The notes beneath the pieces were generated by a model. It had not been told where the DNA came from. It saw nothing but the letters and a program-made list of their open reading frames with translations, and ran no database searches. From NCBI GenBank assembly GCA_028694375.1, contig JAQUTN010000001.1:409-64408 (forward strand): a stretch of 64,000 bases of DNA, read 5' to 3'. The translations under genes and the position numbers were made by a program. Numbering within the stretch: position 1 is the stretch's first letter; every line of letters begins with the position of its first letter. The stretch comes from Bacteroidales bacterium. GTDB lineage: Bacteria > Bacteroidota > Bacteroidia > Bacteroidales > UBA1402. This document shows, in pieces, positions 18,643-27,575 of the stretch.

Positions 18643-18780
18643 AGTTGTAAGGTGTTTGGGTAAAGATTCAGCATAGAGTTCACGACTTCTAAATAAGCTC
18701 AAAAATAGCCATTTTAGGTTTAAATGAAAACATTGGAACAAAAATGTTCGCATATTCTTGCAGGACAAAAAAAGGAGCTG

Positions 18781-18788
18781 TATTTTTG
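18781..18788 (+). promoter_or_regulatory. Candidate -7 promoter box for the metK leader
   Basis: tatttttg (TAnnTTTG) lies 168 nt upstream of the metK ATG, which implies a long 5' leader. Confidence 0.45.
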
Positions 18789-18848
18789 CAGCGTCTTTTG
18801 TGGAAGGATTTGGACGCTTGCAACCACATGAAAAAATGCTAAAGAATC
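18788..18848 (+). promoter_or_regulatory. Candidate H-type pseudoknot, possibly a SAM-II-class riboswitch, in the metK leader
   Basis: Stem 1 pairs gcagcgtc (18788-95) with gacgcttgc (18813-21), with one bulge. Stem 2 pairs tgtgg (18799-803, inside loop 1) with ccaca (18824-28). The strings GAUUUGG..GCUUGC...AAAAAAUGCUAAAG resemble my recollection of the SAM-II consensus. This is not verified by a covariance model. Confidence 0.3.
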
Positions 18849-18955
18849 ATCTTCTTTTCTGCAATCATCCCTTGCTTCCAAGACTTTTATTAAGTATCAC
18901 TGGCCCCTGATCATGCCGGTTTGGTGTGTTTGCGGGCTATAAAACAGATAGAACG

Positions 18956-20245
18956 ATGGGATATTTATTTACTTCAGAATCGGTGTCCGAAGGACACCCC
19001 GACAAAGTGGCCGATCAGATCTCGGATGCTTTGGTTGATGCTTTTTTAGCTTACGACGAGAATTCCAAAACAGCGTGTGAAACTTTGGTAACTACCGGTC
19101 AGGTGGTGTTGGCCGGCGAAGTGAAGTCGAGCATTTATGTAGATGTGCAAGAAGTAGCAAGGCAGGTGATTAACGAAATAGGGTATACCAAAAGCGAATA
19201 TAAGTTCGATGGCGATTCCTGTGGAGTATTTTCTGCCATCCACGAGCAATCGGACGATATCAACCGGGGTGTTGATGGAGCCGCCAAAGTCGATCCTATG
19301 AACCAGGGTGCCGGCGATCAGGGTATGATGTTTGGTTATGCCTGCAAGGATACCGACAATTATATGCCACTGCCTTTGGAACTGTCGCACCGTCTGCTCA
19401 AAGAGCTGGCAGCCATCCGGCGCAAAGGAGAGGTGATGACTTACCTGCGTCCCGATTCCAAATCACAGGTTACTGTTGAATACAACGATAACGGGAAACC
19501 CGAACGTATTCATACCATCGTTGTCTCCACCCAGCACGATGAATTTATTACTGCGGGCAATGGGCTTAGCCAGGAGCAGGCAGATGCGGAAATGTTAAAC
19601 ATTATCCGCAAGGATATTCAAAAATACTTACTGCCCGGAGTTTTTAACGCTGATCCCGGCCTGAAAGCCTTGCTCGACGACAAGCTTATTCTGCACGTAA
19701 ATCCTACCGGTAAATTTGTGATTGGCGGACCTCACGGAGACAGCGGTTTGACAGGCCGGAAAATTATTGTCGATACCTACGGAGGCAAAGGAGCTCACGG
19801 AGGTGGAGCTTTTTCGGGTAAAGATCCTTCCAAGGTGGACCGATCGGCCGCCTACGCTGCCAGACACATTGCCAAAAACCTGGTGGCTGCCGGGGTGGCA
19901 GACGAAATTTTGATCCAGATTTCTTACGCCATTGGCGTGGCCCGTCCCGTCAATATTTTTGTCGATACCTACGGTAAATCGCGCGTTAAATTCAGCGATG
20001 GAGAAATTGCTCAAAGTGTGGGCCAACTCTTTGATTTACGCCCCAAAGCTATAGAGCAACGCTTAAAGCTGCGTAATCCTATCTATTCCGAAACCGCTTC
20101 ATACGGGCATTTTGGACGAGAACCCCAAACCATGCTTAAACGCTTCTCTTCGCGCTACGAAGGGGAAAAAGAAATGGAAGTGGAACTCTTTACCTGGGAA
20201 AAACTGGATTATGTAGAGCAGGTAAAAAAGCTCTTCGGCTTATAA
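18956..20245 (+). CDS. metK: S-adenosylmethionine synthase
   Basis: Begins [25 protein letters not shown]... and is canonical MetK along the full length. The ORF-track GTG at 18926 is a likely 5' over-extension. Confidence 0.97.
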   Translation: MGYLFTSESVSEGHPDKVADQISDALVDAFLAYDENSKTACETLVTTGQVVLAGEVKSSIYVDVQEVARQVINEIGYTKSEYKFDGDSCGVFSAIHEQSDDINRGVDGAAKVDPMNQGAGDQGMMFGYACKDTDNYMPLPLELSHRLLKELAAIRRKGEVMTYLRPDSKSQVTVEYNDNGKPERIHTIVVSTQHDEFITAGNGLSQEQADAEMLNIIRKDIQKYLLPGVFNADPGLKALLDDKLILHVNPTGKFVIGGPHGDSGLTGRKIIVDTYGGKGAHGGGAFSGKDPSKVDRSAAYAARHIAKNLVAAGVADEILIQISYAIGVARPVNIFVDTYGKSRVKFSDGEIAQSVGQLFDLRPKAIEQRLKLRNPIYSETASYGHFGREPQTMLKRFSSRYEGEKEMEVELFTWEKLDYVEQVKKLFGL

Positions 20246-20854
20246 CATTCCCTGTTCAACCATAATCACTATCCGTTCGATGAGCTGGTCAGTCTGATCA
20301 TCGGCAGGATTGTAATCGGTTTTTAGGTCTGCCGTGAATAATCTGGCTACGCCTTGCCAGAAATTGGCCGCAAAATAACCCATATAGGCTGCGATTATAT
20401 CGTATGGAGAAGAATCGCATTCCCGTACAATGAGCTTAAGCAGGATTTTTCCCTGACTATAGCTCATTTTGCGTAATGTGGGTTCATAATCTCTTATCAG
20501 GTCGCGCTGCATTTGTTTCAGGTGTTTTTCGCGGGCTTTGTCGTCAGGGAGTGTCTCCATGTATTCCGCGGTTTCGATCAGGGTACTTGAGACTATTCCG
20601 GCCAGAGGAAGGCATAGTTTTACATCACGTACCAGTCGCCAGTAATAACGCTCTTCGCGTTTGTTTTTGAAAATCAGACCCGGATAAACATACACCGGAC
20701 TCAGATTGACCAGCAGTACAGTATCTCCGCTTTCTACCTGTGCAGGCATCAACTGCGGAGGCTGGACAGGAATTTGCCTGTTTATGCCCTCGTCAATTTG
20801 TGCCTGAGTGTTTATACTCAACAAAATAAGCAGCGTAAACAAAAGATAGCGCAT
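20240..20854 (-). CDS. Secreted protein of unknown function (DUF4294-like by recollection)
   Basis: ORF 20240-20896. The likely start is Met15 (20854), which gives signal peptide [19 protein letters not shown]. The stop codon abuts the metK stop back-to-back. Confidence 0.7.
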   Translation of the reverse strand: MRYLLFTLLILLSINTQAQIDEGINRQIPVQPPQLMPAQVESGDTVLLVNLSPVYVYPGLIFKNKREERYYWRLVRDVKLCLPLAGIVSSTLIETAEYMETLPDDKAREKHLKQMQRDLIRDYEPTLRKMSYSQGKILLKLIVRECDSSPYDIIAAYMGYFAANFWQGVARLFTADLKTDYNPADDQTDQLIERIVIMVEQGML

Positions 20855-20976
20855 ATAATTCAGTTCTAGCTTGCAAAAATACCTCTTTAAAGCCAAGTGG
20901 CAAATAAATACTCATTATAGAACGGGAAGTGTATATTTAATAATAGAAATATATTATAAAACAGAATCATAAATAT

Positions 20977-20984
20977 TATATTTG
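20977..20984 (+). promoter_or_regulatory. Candidate -7 promoter box
   Basis: tatatttg overlaps the ORF-track TTG start at 20982, which argues that the real start is the ATG at 21006 or later. Confidence 0.4.
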
Positions 20985-21005
20985 TATCAATTAATTTTGA
21001 CTCTT

Positions 21006-21968
21006 ATGAATGTTACTAAAATTCCCGATCCCTCTTTGATAATTATTTACAAGAACAGTGATTTTAAAATAAGCTCTTTAATCAAAGGACAACAAAGTTC
21101 TCTGCTGTGCAAATGTTGGCAAGCGCTTGCGATCGCCGGAGCTGAATATTGCAGACTTCTTTGCTGTGTGGCTGTACTATCTGTATTACTATACCCCGCG
21201 GCTCTTAATGCACAAACAGTTTCAGCCCGCGAATGGTACGGTGATGCTAAAAGTTTGGCTATGGGCGATGCCCTGCTTATTTCGCAATTGATCTTTTCAG
21301 AAGCTGTTTTTCAAAAACAGCAAGACAAGATTTTGAGTGTACAGCGAGCTCAGGCATCCTGTTATGTGCCATTTGCCCGGACTTCGCTGGCGGTCACCGG
21401 CCTGTTTTTTCAAGTGCAATCCCCTTTGGCTGATTTTCAGTTGAACCTGGGGCGTTCCGGGACAGAGGTATACAACGAGAACCTGATCAGCCTGGGCTGT
21501 GCACGCTCCCTGACCGAAAGCCTTAGTGGCGGGTTTCGTCTGGGATTGTACCGATTTGCCGGCAGTCAGCTTTCGGCCGGCACAGCTCTTCTGACCGAAT
21601 GTTATGTGTATTACCTTATTAATCAACAATGGCGGTTGGGGGCTTATATGTTCAATCCCATTGCGGCCAGAGCTGCGGGTATAGCTCTGATTCAAAGTTA
21701 TCACCTGGCCTGTGCTTATCGTCCCGATCCCCGGCTTGATTTTGTCCTGGAAATCGAAAAGCCACAAAGACAGGATCTTCTGGTGCACATGGGAATGGAG
21801 GCGGCATTCCTGAAATGCCTGCGTTGCAGGCTGGGCCTGAATTATCCGCTAATGCAGCCTTCGTTGGGACTGGCTTGTACATGGAAGAAATTCAGCTTGG
21901 AAGCCGCCTGTCGTTTGCACAAACAATTGCCCGCCTCTTATGCTGTCTCGCTGCATTATACGCCTTGA
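21006..21968 (+). CDS. Putative outer-membrane beta-barrel protein, unknown function (start uncertain)
   Basis: An internal hydrophobic segment ends in ...YPAALNAQ, followed by alternating beta-strand-like sequence. The 3' end overlaps the next gene by 29 nt. No canonical start lies close to the signal-like segment. Confidence 0.6.
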   Translation: MNVTKIPDPSLIIIYKNSDFKISSLIKGQQSSLLCKCWQALAIAGAEYCRLLCCVAVLSVLLYPAALNAQTVSAREWYGDAKSLAMGDALLISQLIFSEAVFQKQQDKILSVQRAQASCYVPFARTSLAVTGLFFQVQSPLADFQLNLGRSGTEVYNENLISLGCARSLTESLSGGFRLGLYRFAGSQLSAGTALLTECYVYYLINQQWRLGAYMFNPIAARAAGIALIQSYHLACAYRPDPRLDFVLEIEKPQRQDLLVHMGMEAAFLKCLRCRLGLNYPLMQPSLGLACTWKKFSLEAACRLHKQLPASYAVSLHYTP

Positions 21969-24024
21969 TTGGTTGTTCTTGTTAATCATCGTTTATTCAT
22001 CAACTCTTTGTGCGCAGGAATCGGCAGAGGCTACTGAAAACCTGGAGAGTCTGATGACAGATTGGATAGAACAAAATCCGGAAGCTGATGTCGAAGCCTT
22101 GGCGCAAGAAATAGAGGAATTGTTGGAACAGCCTATTAATCTGAACGATGTAGGCAGAGAACAATTGGAGTCTTTGCCTTTTTTAAATCCGGATCAAAAA
22201 GAAAAGCTGGCTTATTTCCTGTATACTCATAAACCTTTGTACTCTCTGTCGGAGTTGTTGTTGTGTGAGGGTATGGATGAATTGAGTTTGAGGCGTATCA
22301 GACCTTTTTTATATATCGGGGCAGAGAGTCATACTCCCGAAAAGGTCGATTTTAAAAAGCTTCTGAGTCGCGGAAAGTACGAGCTTAGAATGTATACGGC
22401 TTCCGGTTTTCAACTCAGGCAGGGGCTGATTAATGCCGCTGATTCTGCCCTGAAAGCTGCAGGAAAAGCTTACCTTGGATTGCCTTTTTCGGGAGTCTGC
22501 AAGTGCCAGTACAGCTATGGCAGGCAGTTTCAGTATGGTCTGGTTATGGAACATGATTTGGGAGAAAAGCCTGTCGATTTTCTGTCTTTTCATATAGCGG
22601 CTCATAATCTGGCAAAGATAAATACGGTAGTTTTAGGAGATTATCGACTTAATTTGGGTCGGGGACTGCTTGTTGCTTCGGGTTTCAGTTCGGGAAAATC
22701 AAGCTCCATGGCTGGGCTTTCGTCTGTGCCAAAATTAGTAAACAGGCATTTTTCCAGCTCAGAAAGTGCTTACTTTAGGGGGGCAGCCATCGATGTGTCG
22801 GTGACAGAAAGCCTTCAATTACTAGCTTTTGCCTCCTGTCGCAAACTGGATGCCGCAGTAGCGGAGGGGAGCTTCAGTTCTGTTCGCAGCGACGGCTTGC
22901 ACCGAACTTTGAACGAGATCAGATCAAAAAATTCTTTAAGGCAATACAGTGCGGGGGCTCATATTGGTTTGAATCACAGTTTCTTTCAAGTCGGAGCGAA
23001 TGTGCTTTATTACAAATTTAATGCTTTCTGTAATCCGGACCTCAAACCTTATTCTCTCTATTATTTCAGAGGCAGAGATAATCTGAATCTTTCGCTGGAT
23101 TACCGTTTTCGCTGCGGAACCGCCTTATTCAGAGGCGAATGTGCTTTTGATAAGGAATTCCACACGGCCAATTACCACCAGTTGCAATACCGGCCACATC
23201 CCTTATTGAATATAGTCCATTCCCTACGATATTACAGCCCTGCTTACCAGGCTTATTTTGCGGCAGCTTTTTCGGAAAATACCCGGGTATGCAACGAAAT
23301 TGGATGGTTTACCGCTGTGGAATACCGAATATTTAAACACATAAAACTTGATACTTATCTTGATTTTTTTCAGTTCCCCTGGTTGAAATACGGAGTCAAC
23401 TCTCCTTCGTCCGGGTACGATCTGGGGCTGGAGCTTAGTTCTTATTCTTTGAATGGTTTTGAATGGAGTCTGCGTTACCGGGATAAATCGAAAACAGAAA
23501 ATCTGTCGGTTGAAGAGAGAAAAGGCATACCTCTTTGTGCCGGCCATACCAAAAAGCAGCTGAGGATTCAATTTATGTCCGGCTTTGGAGGATGGAGTTT
23601 TAAAACCAAAGCAGAGCTAAATCAGTTTAATGTTGTTGCAGGTGAAACCTCTGTGGGGGCCTTGTTTTCGCAGGAATGCCGTTACAAGACTCCCGACGGG
23701 CGGTTTAGTTTGTCACTTCAGTACGCTATGTTTGACACCGACAGTTATGAAAACAGAGTCTATTTTTACGAACACGACCTGCCGGGTGTTTTCTCTATTC
23801 CTGCCTACAGCGGTACGGGCAGTGTATATGTGTTGTCTTGCAAAATGCAGCCTTTCCGGAATTTTCAATGCTGGTTGCGACTCAGGCATCGGGCTTATTC
23901 CGACCGGAACGAAGTGGGGAGTTTGTTGGATGTTGTGCAGGCTTGTTGCTTAACTGAGTTTCGTTTGGGTTTTCAGTACCGATTTTCTGCCAAAAGCAGC
24001 TTTAGCAGTCAGAATCAACCCTAA
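21940..24024 (+). CDS. Helix-hairpin-helix (ComEA-like) domain-containing outer-membrane protein
   Basis: 694 aa with a signal peptide ending TLCAQE. The N-terminal tandem HhH-type segment is INLNDVGREQLESLPFLNPDQKEKLAYFL...LSELLLCEGMDELSLRRIRPFLYI. It is followed by ~550 aa rich in aromatic-alternating beta-strands, ending ...FRLGFQYRF. Confidence 0.75.
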   Translation: MLSRCIIRLDWLFLLIIVYSSTLCAQESAEATENLESLMTDWIEQNPEADVEALAQEIEELLEQPINLNDVGREQLESLPFLNPDQKEKLAYFLYTHKPLYSLSELLLCEGMDELSLRRIRPFLYIGAESHTPEKVDFKKLLSRGKYELRMYTASGFQLRQGLINAADSALKAAGKAYLGLPFSGVCKCQYSYGRQFQYGLVMEHDLGEKPVDFLSFHIAAHNLAKINTVVLGDYRLNLGRGLLVASGFSSGKSSSMAGLSSVPKLVNRHFSSSESAYFRGAAIDVSVTESLQLLAFASCRKLDAAVAEGSFSSVRSDGLHRTLNEIRSKNSLRQYSAGAHIGLNHSFFQVGANVLYYKFNAFCNPDLKPYSLYYFRGRDNLNLSLDYRFRCGTALFRGECAFDKEFHTANYHQLQYRPHPLLNIVHSLRYYSPAYQAYFAAAFSENTRVCNEIGWFTAVEYRIFKHIKLDTYLDFFQFPWLKYGVNSPSSGYDLGLELSSYSLNGFEWSLRYRDKSKTENLSVEERKGIPLCAGHTKKQLRIQFMSGFGGWSFKTKAELNQFNVVAGETSVGALFSQECRYKTPDGRFSLSLQYAMFDTDSYENRVYFYEHDLPGVFSIPAYSGTGSVYVLSCKMQPFRNFQCWLRLRHRAYSDRNEVGSLLDVVQACCLTEFRLGFQYRFSAKSSFSSQNQP

Positions 24025-24052
24025 TACAAGCCTGAGTTTTGAATTGTTTTTC

Positions 24053-24090
24053 TATCTTTGTCGCTTATTGATACGATAATTTTATCTTTG
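24053..24090 (+). promoter_or_regulatory. Two tandem candidate -7 boxes upstream of the DUF2723 gene
   Basis: tatctttgtc occurs twice, at 24053 and 24083, 30 nt apart. Both match TAnnTTTG. Confidence 0.4.
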
Positions 24091-24148
24091 TCCGAAATTC
24101 AACATTATCCATTCGGGTTGATCCGAAGCCTCTTTCTATTGTAACAAC

Positions 24149-27100
24149 ATGAAAAATTTCAAGCTTTTAAACAACGTATTCGGTTGGTTCGCTTTTTTGG
24201 TGGCTGCTGTAACCTATTTGCTGACCATTGAGCCTACGACCAGTTTCTGGGATTGCGGTGAATTCATTTCATCGGCCTACAAGCTCGATGTGGGACATCC
24301 TCCCGGAGCTCCGTTTTTTATGCTGACAGGCCGCTTCTTTGCGAATTTTGCCAGCAGCCCCGAACAGGTAGCACTAATGTTAAATGCCATGTCGGCCTTG
24401 TTCAGTGCACTGACTATTTTGTTTTTGTTCTGGTCCATAACTCATTTGGCCAGAAAAGTGGTTGTCAAGGATAAGGACAACATGAAACCGGCAGAAATAA
24501 TTACTGTGTTGGGTGCAGGTTTGGTGGGTGCTCTGGCTTATACTTTTTCGGATACTTTCTGGTTCTCGGCTGTAGAGGGCGAGGTGTATGCCTATTCATC
24601 TTTGTTTACTGCAGTGGTGTTTTGGGCTATACTCAAATGGGAAGAAGATGCCGATAATCCGCATTCCCTGCGTTGGATTATATTCATTTCCTATCTGATG
24701 GGGCTTTCCATCGGGGTGCATTTGTTGAATTTATTGTGTATACCTGCATTAGTCCTGGTATTTTATTTTAGAAAAAACCAAAACTCCAATTTCAAAGGAG
24801 CTGCTCTGGCACTTTTAGGTTCTTTTGTTTTGATTGCCATCGTATTATACGGTGTGGTTCCCGGTTTTGTGAATATGGCCGGTTGGGCTGATCTCTTGTT
24901 TGTGAATGTCCTGGGTTTTGGCTTCAATACAGGAGCTGTAGTGTACATTTTAGTGATGATAGCCACCATTTGTTGGGGATTGATAGAAAGCTACCGTGGC
25001 AAGAATGAATTCAGGATGAAACTGGTTTTTGCCCTGAATATTATATTGTCCGGTATTCCGTTTTTCAGCAACAGTCCCTGGATATGGCTTTTGCTTTGCG
25101 GATTGACTCTTGTGGTCGTCTTTATGTGGAAGAAACTCGACGGAAAACTTATCAATACGTCTTTGCTGGCGCTTATGGTGATGCTGATAGGCTATTTCAG
25201 TTATGGCGTAACAGTGATACGCTCGAGTGCCCAGCCTCCTATGGATCAGAACTCTCCCAACAATATGTTTACCCTGGAGCGTTATCTTAACCGTGAACAG
25301 TATGGCGAAACCCCCTTGATCTACGGACAAACTTTTGTATCGGATATAGCCTGGAAAAGACAGGGCAATGTTTGTGTGCCTCAATACAAAAAGAAAGGCC
25401 CGGTATGGAACAAAGAGGTTAAAACTTCGGCCGATCAAAAGGATAGATATATCATTTCCGGCTACAACGAACGTCCGGTCATGGCAGACGAGTTGAATAT
25501 GTTTTTCCCCCGCATGCACAGCAATAAACCGGAACATGTGTTGATGTACAAGGATTGGGTCAATTTCAAAGGCAGTCCCGTTAAGTACAATAAGTGTGGT
25601 CAGGTTGAAACTGTGTACAAGCCGACTATGAGCGAAAATCTGCGTTTCTTCTTTTCGTATCAGGTGAATTTTATGTACTGGCGCTATTTTATGTGGAATT
25701 TCGCGGGACGTCAAAACGATATTCAGGGCCTGGGCGAAGCCAATAACGGGAATTGGATTAGCGGTATTAATTTTATCGATAAATACCTGGTAGGCGATCA
25801 AAGCAATCTGCCCCCGGAGCTGGCCAATAACAAGGCCCGCAACCGTTATTATATGTTACCCTTGCTTTTGGGCATACTGGGGCTCTTGTATCAGGCTTAT
25901 GCCGGGAAAAAAGGTTTACAGGGATTCTGGATTACCTTTCTTCTGTTTTTCATGACCGGACTGGCCATAGTCTTGTATTTAAATCAAACACCCTTGCAAC
26001 CTCGTGAAAGAGATTATGCTTATGCCGGTTCGTTTTATGCCTTTTGTATATGGATTGGCCTGGGTGTGCCTGCTTTGGTAAACATTTTGCGCAAAGCCCT
26101 GAAGCCTGTACCGGCAGCCTTCCTGGCCGGAGTGCTCGGATTGGGAGTGCCGGTGCTGATGGCCTCCGAGAACTGGGATGACCACGATAGGTCCGATCGT
26201 TATACGGCCCGCGACTTTGCCTATAATTATCTGATAGGATGCGAAGAAAACAGCATCATTTACACCAACGGCGATAACGACACTTTCCCTTTGTGGTATT
26301 TGCAAGAAGTGGAGGGAATACGAACCGATGTGCGGGTATGTAATCTGAGCTATTTGCAAACAGACTGGTACTACGATCAGATGCTGAGGCCTTATTACGA
26401 ATCGGATGCTTTCCCGTTAAGCTGGCATAAATCGAAATACAGCAACGGCAAGCGTGATATTGCCCGTATTATTCCCCGCACCCAGGATACTATCAGTTTG
26501 CCCTTCGCCATGAACTGGCTGGCCAGTGATGAACCTAACACTAAACGAGTACAGGGATATGGAGATAATGTCGATCATATTCCTGCCAACAGACTTTATT
26601 TGGATATCGATGCAGAAAAAGTGCTCGAAAACGGCTACCTGGAACCCAAGTATGCTCAGGATATTATTTCCCGAATGCATATCAATCTGGAAGCTAAGAA
26701 CTATTTGGGTAAGCACGAGATAATGACACTCAAGCTGCTCGAGGAAAACAACTGGGAAAGATCTATGTACTATGCGGTCACCGTAGATCCTGCGCAAATG
26801 ACTATGTTGCAACGGTATTTTTTGCACGAAGGCCTTATTTATAAAATTGCTCCGCTGGAAAGCAACAAGTCGGTGAATACCGAAAAAATGTACGACAATA
26901 TGGTTAATAAATTTCTTTGGGGAGGCATCAAAGAAAATCCTACTATCTATCTGGACGAAAATAACCTGAGAATGTGTCGCACTCACCGGCAAATGTTTGG
27001 TTATCTTGTCAGGGCTCTTTATCAGGAAGGCAAGCACGATATGGCTTTGCAGGCTATAGATAAATGCCTCGAGGAACTTCCTGTTGAGCATGTCCCTGTT

Positions 27101-27448
27101 AATTTTATTGACGGAGGCATGGCCGGAATGATTGAAATAGCCGATGTATTGTATCAGCTGGGAGAAAAACAGCGGGCAAAGGCTATTGCGGATCAGGGAA
27201 TGGATCTTTGTGTTCAGAACCTAAGCTGGTTTTTCAACTTAAGAGATCAGCTGATGCGTGCTTCCGGCAGATCCATAAATAACCAGCTATATGTAATGCA
27301 GGAACTTATGAAGTTCTACCAGAAAGCAGCTACCGATTCGGCCGGCATAGAAGAACCGGGAGAAGTAGACCAAGCCTTCGCGGAAGATTTTACTAAGTAT
27401 TCTCAATACTTTAACCAATTTATTCAGCAATATCAGCGGCTTAGGTAA
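24149..27448 (+). CDS. DUF2723 / TMEM260-family membrane protein (GT-C-fold glycosyltransferase-like) with C-terminal TPR-like region
   Basis: 1099 aa. The N-terminal signature is EPTTSFWDCGEFISSAYKLDVGHPPGAPFFML, followed by about 12 TM segments and a large soluble helical C-terminus. Confidence 0.9.
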   Translation: MKNFKLLNNVFGWFAFLVAAVTYLLTIEPTTSFWDCGEFISSAYKLDVGHPPGAPFFMLTGRFFANFASSPEQVALMLNAMSALFSALTILFLFWSITHLARKVVVKDKDNMKPAEIITVLGAGLVGALAYTFSDTFWFSAVEGEVYAYSSLFTAVVFWAILKWEEDADNPHSLRWIIFISYLMGLSIGVHLLNLLCIPALVLVFYFRKNQNSNFKGAALALLGSFVLIAIVLYGVVPGFVNMAGWADLLFVNVLGFGFNTGAVVYILVMIATICWGLIESYRGKNEFRMKLVFALNIILSGIPFFSNSPWIWLLLCGLTLVVVFMWKKLDGKLINTSLLALMVMLIGYFSYGVTVIRSSAQPPMDQNSPNNMFTLERYLNREQYGETPLIYGQTFVSDIAWKRQGNVCVPQYKKKGPVWNKEVKTSADQKDRYIISGYNERPVMADELNMFFPRMHSNKPEHVLMYKDWVNFKGSPVKYNKCGQVETVYKPTMSENLRFFFSYQVNFMYWRYFMWNFAGRQNDIQGLGEANNGNWISGINFIDKYLVGDQSNLPPELANNKARNRYYMLPLLLGILGLLYQAYAGKKGLQGFWITFLLFFMTGLAIVLYLNQTPLQPRERDYAYAGSFYAFCIWIGLGVPALVNILRKALKPVPAAFLAGVLGLGVPVLMASENWDDHDRSDRYTARDFAYNYLIGCEENSIIYTNGDNDTFPLWYLQEVEGIRTDVRVCNLSYLQTDWYYDQMLRPYYESDAFPLSWHKSKYSNGKRDIARIIPRTQDTISLPFAMNWLASDEPNTKRVQGYGDNVDHIPANRLYLDIDAEKVLENGYLEPKYAQDIISRMHINLEAKNYLGKHEIMTLKLLEENNWERSMYYAVTVDPAQMTMLQRYFLHEGLIYKIAPLESNKSVNTEKMYDNMVNKFLWGGIKENPTIYLDENNLRMCRTHRQMFGYLVRALYQEGKHDMALQAIDKCLEELPVEHVPVNFIDGGMAGMIEIADVLYQLGEKQRAKAIADQGMDLCVQNLSWFFNLRDQLMRASGRSINNQLYVMQELMKFYQKAATDSAGIEEPGEVDQAFAEDFTKYSQYFNQFIQQYQRLR

Positions 27449-27575
27449 TATACTGTTTACGGGATTTAGTCGTTGCCTGCACTGGATACCTGGAATTACC
27501 TGGCGTAAATCTTTTGCCGGGAACAAGATTTACCTGACTTTTGACGACGGTCCGATACCCGGGCTTACTCCCTGG

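Noticed and set aside
17632-18768. ORF-track 5' extensions (also 18926 for metK, 20896, 43670 for prmC, 47644, 48069 for argH, 59022 for obgE, 4009)
   Set aside because: The extensions precede obvious signal peptides or conserved N-termini. Some overlap upstream genes or use GTG/TTG codons inside promoter regions. Internal ATG starts fit the protein families better.
18895-18935. SAM-I riboswitch-like string (ACUGGCCCCUGAUCAUGCCGG) just upstream of metK
   Set aside because: Only a short resemblance to the GGCCC...UGA...CC core is present. The flanking conserved elements (GAGGGA, GCAACC, the kink-turn and the four-helix junction) are not visible.
24950-25801. 283-aa ORF on the minus strand
   Set aside because: It is antisense to the DUF2723 gene, whose frame is continuous for 1099 aa with family signatures. 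It is a shadow ORF.
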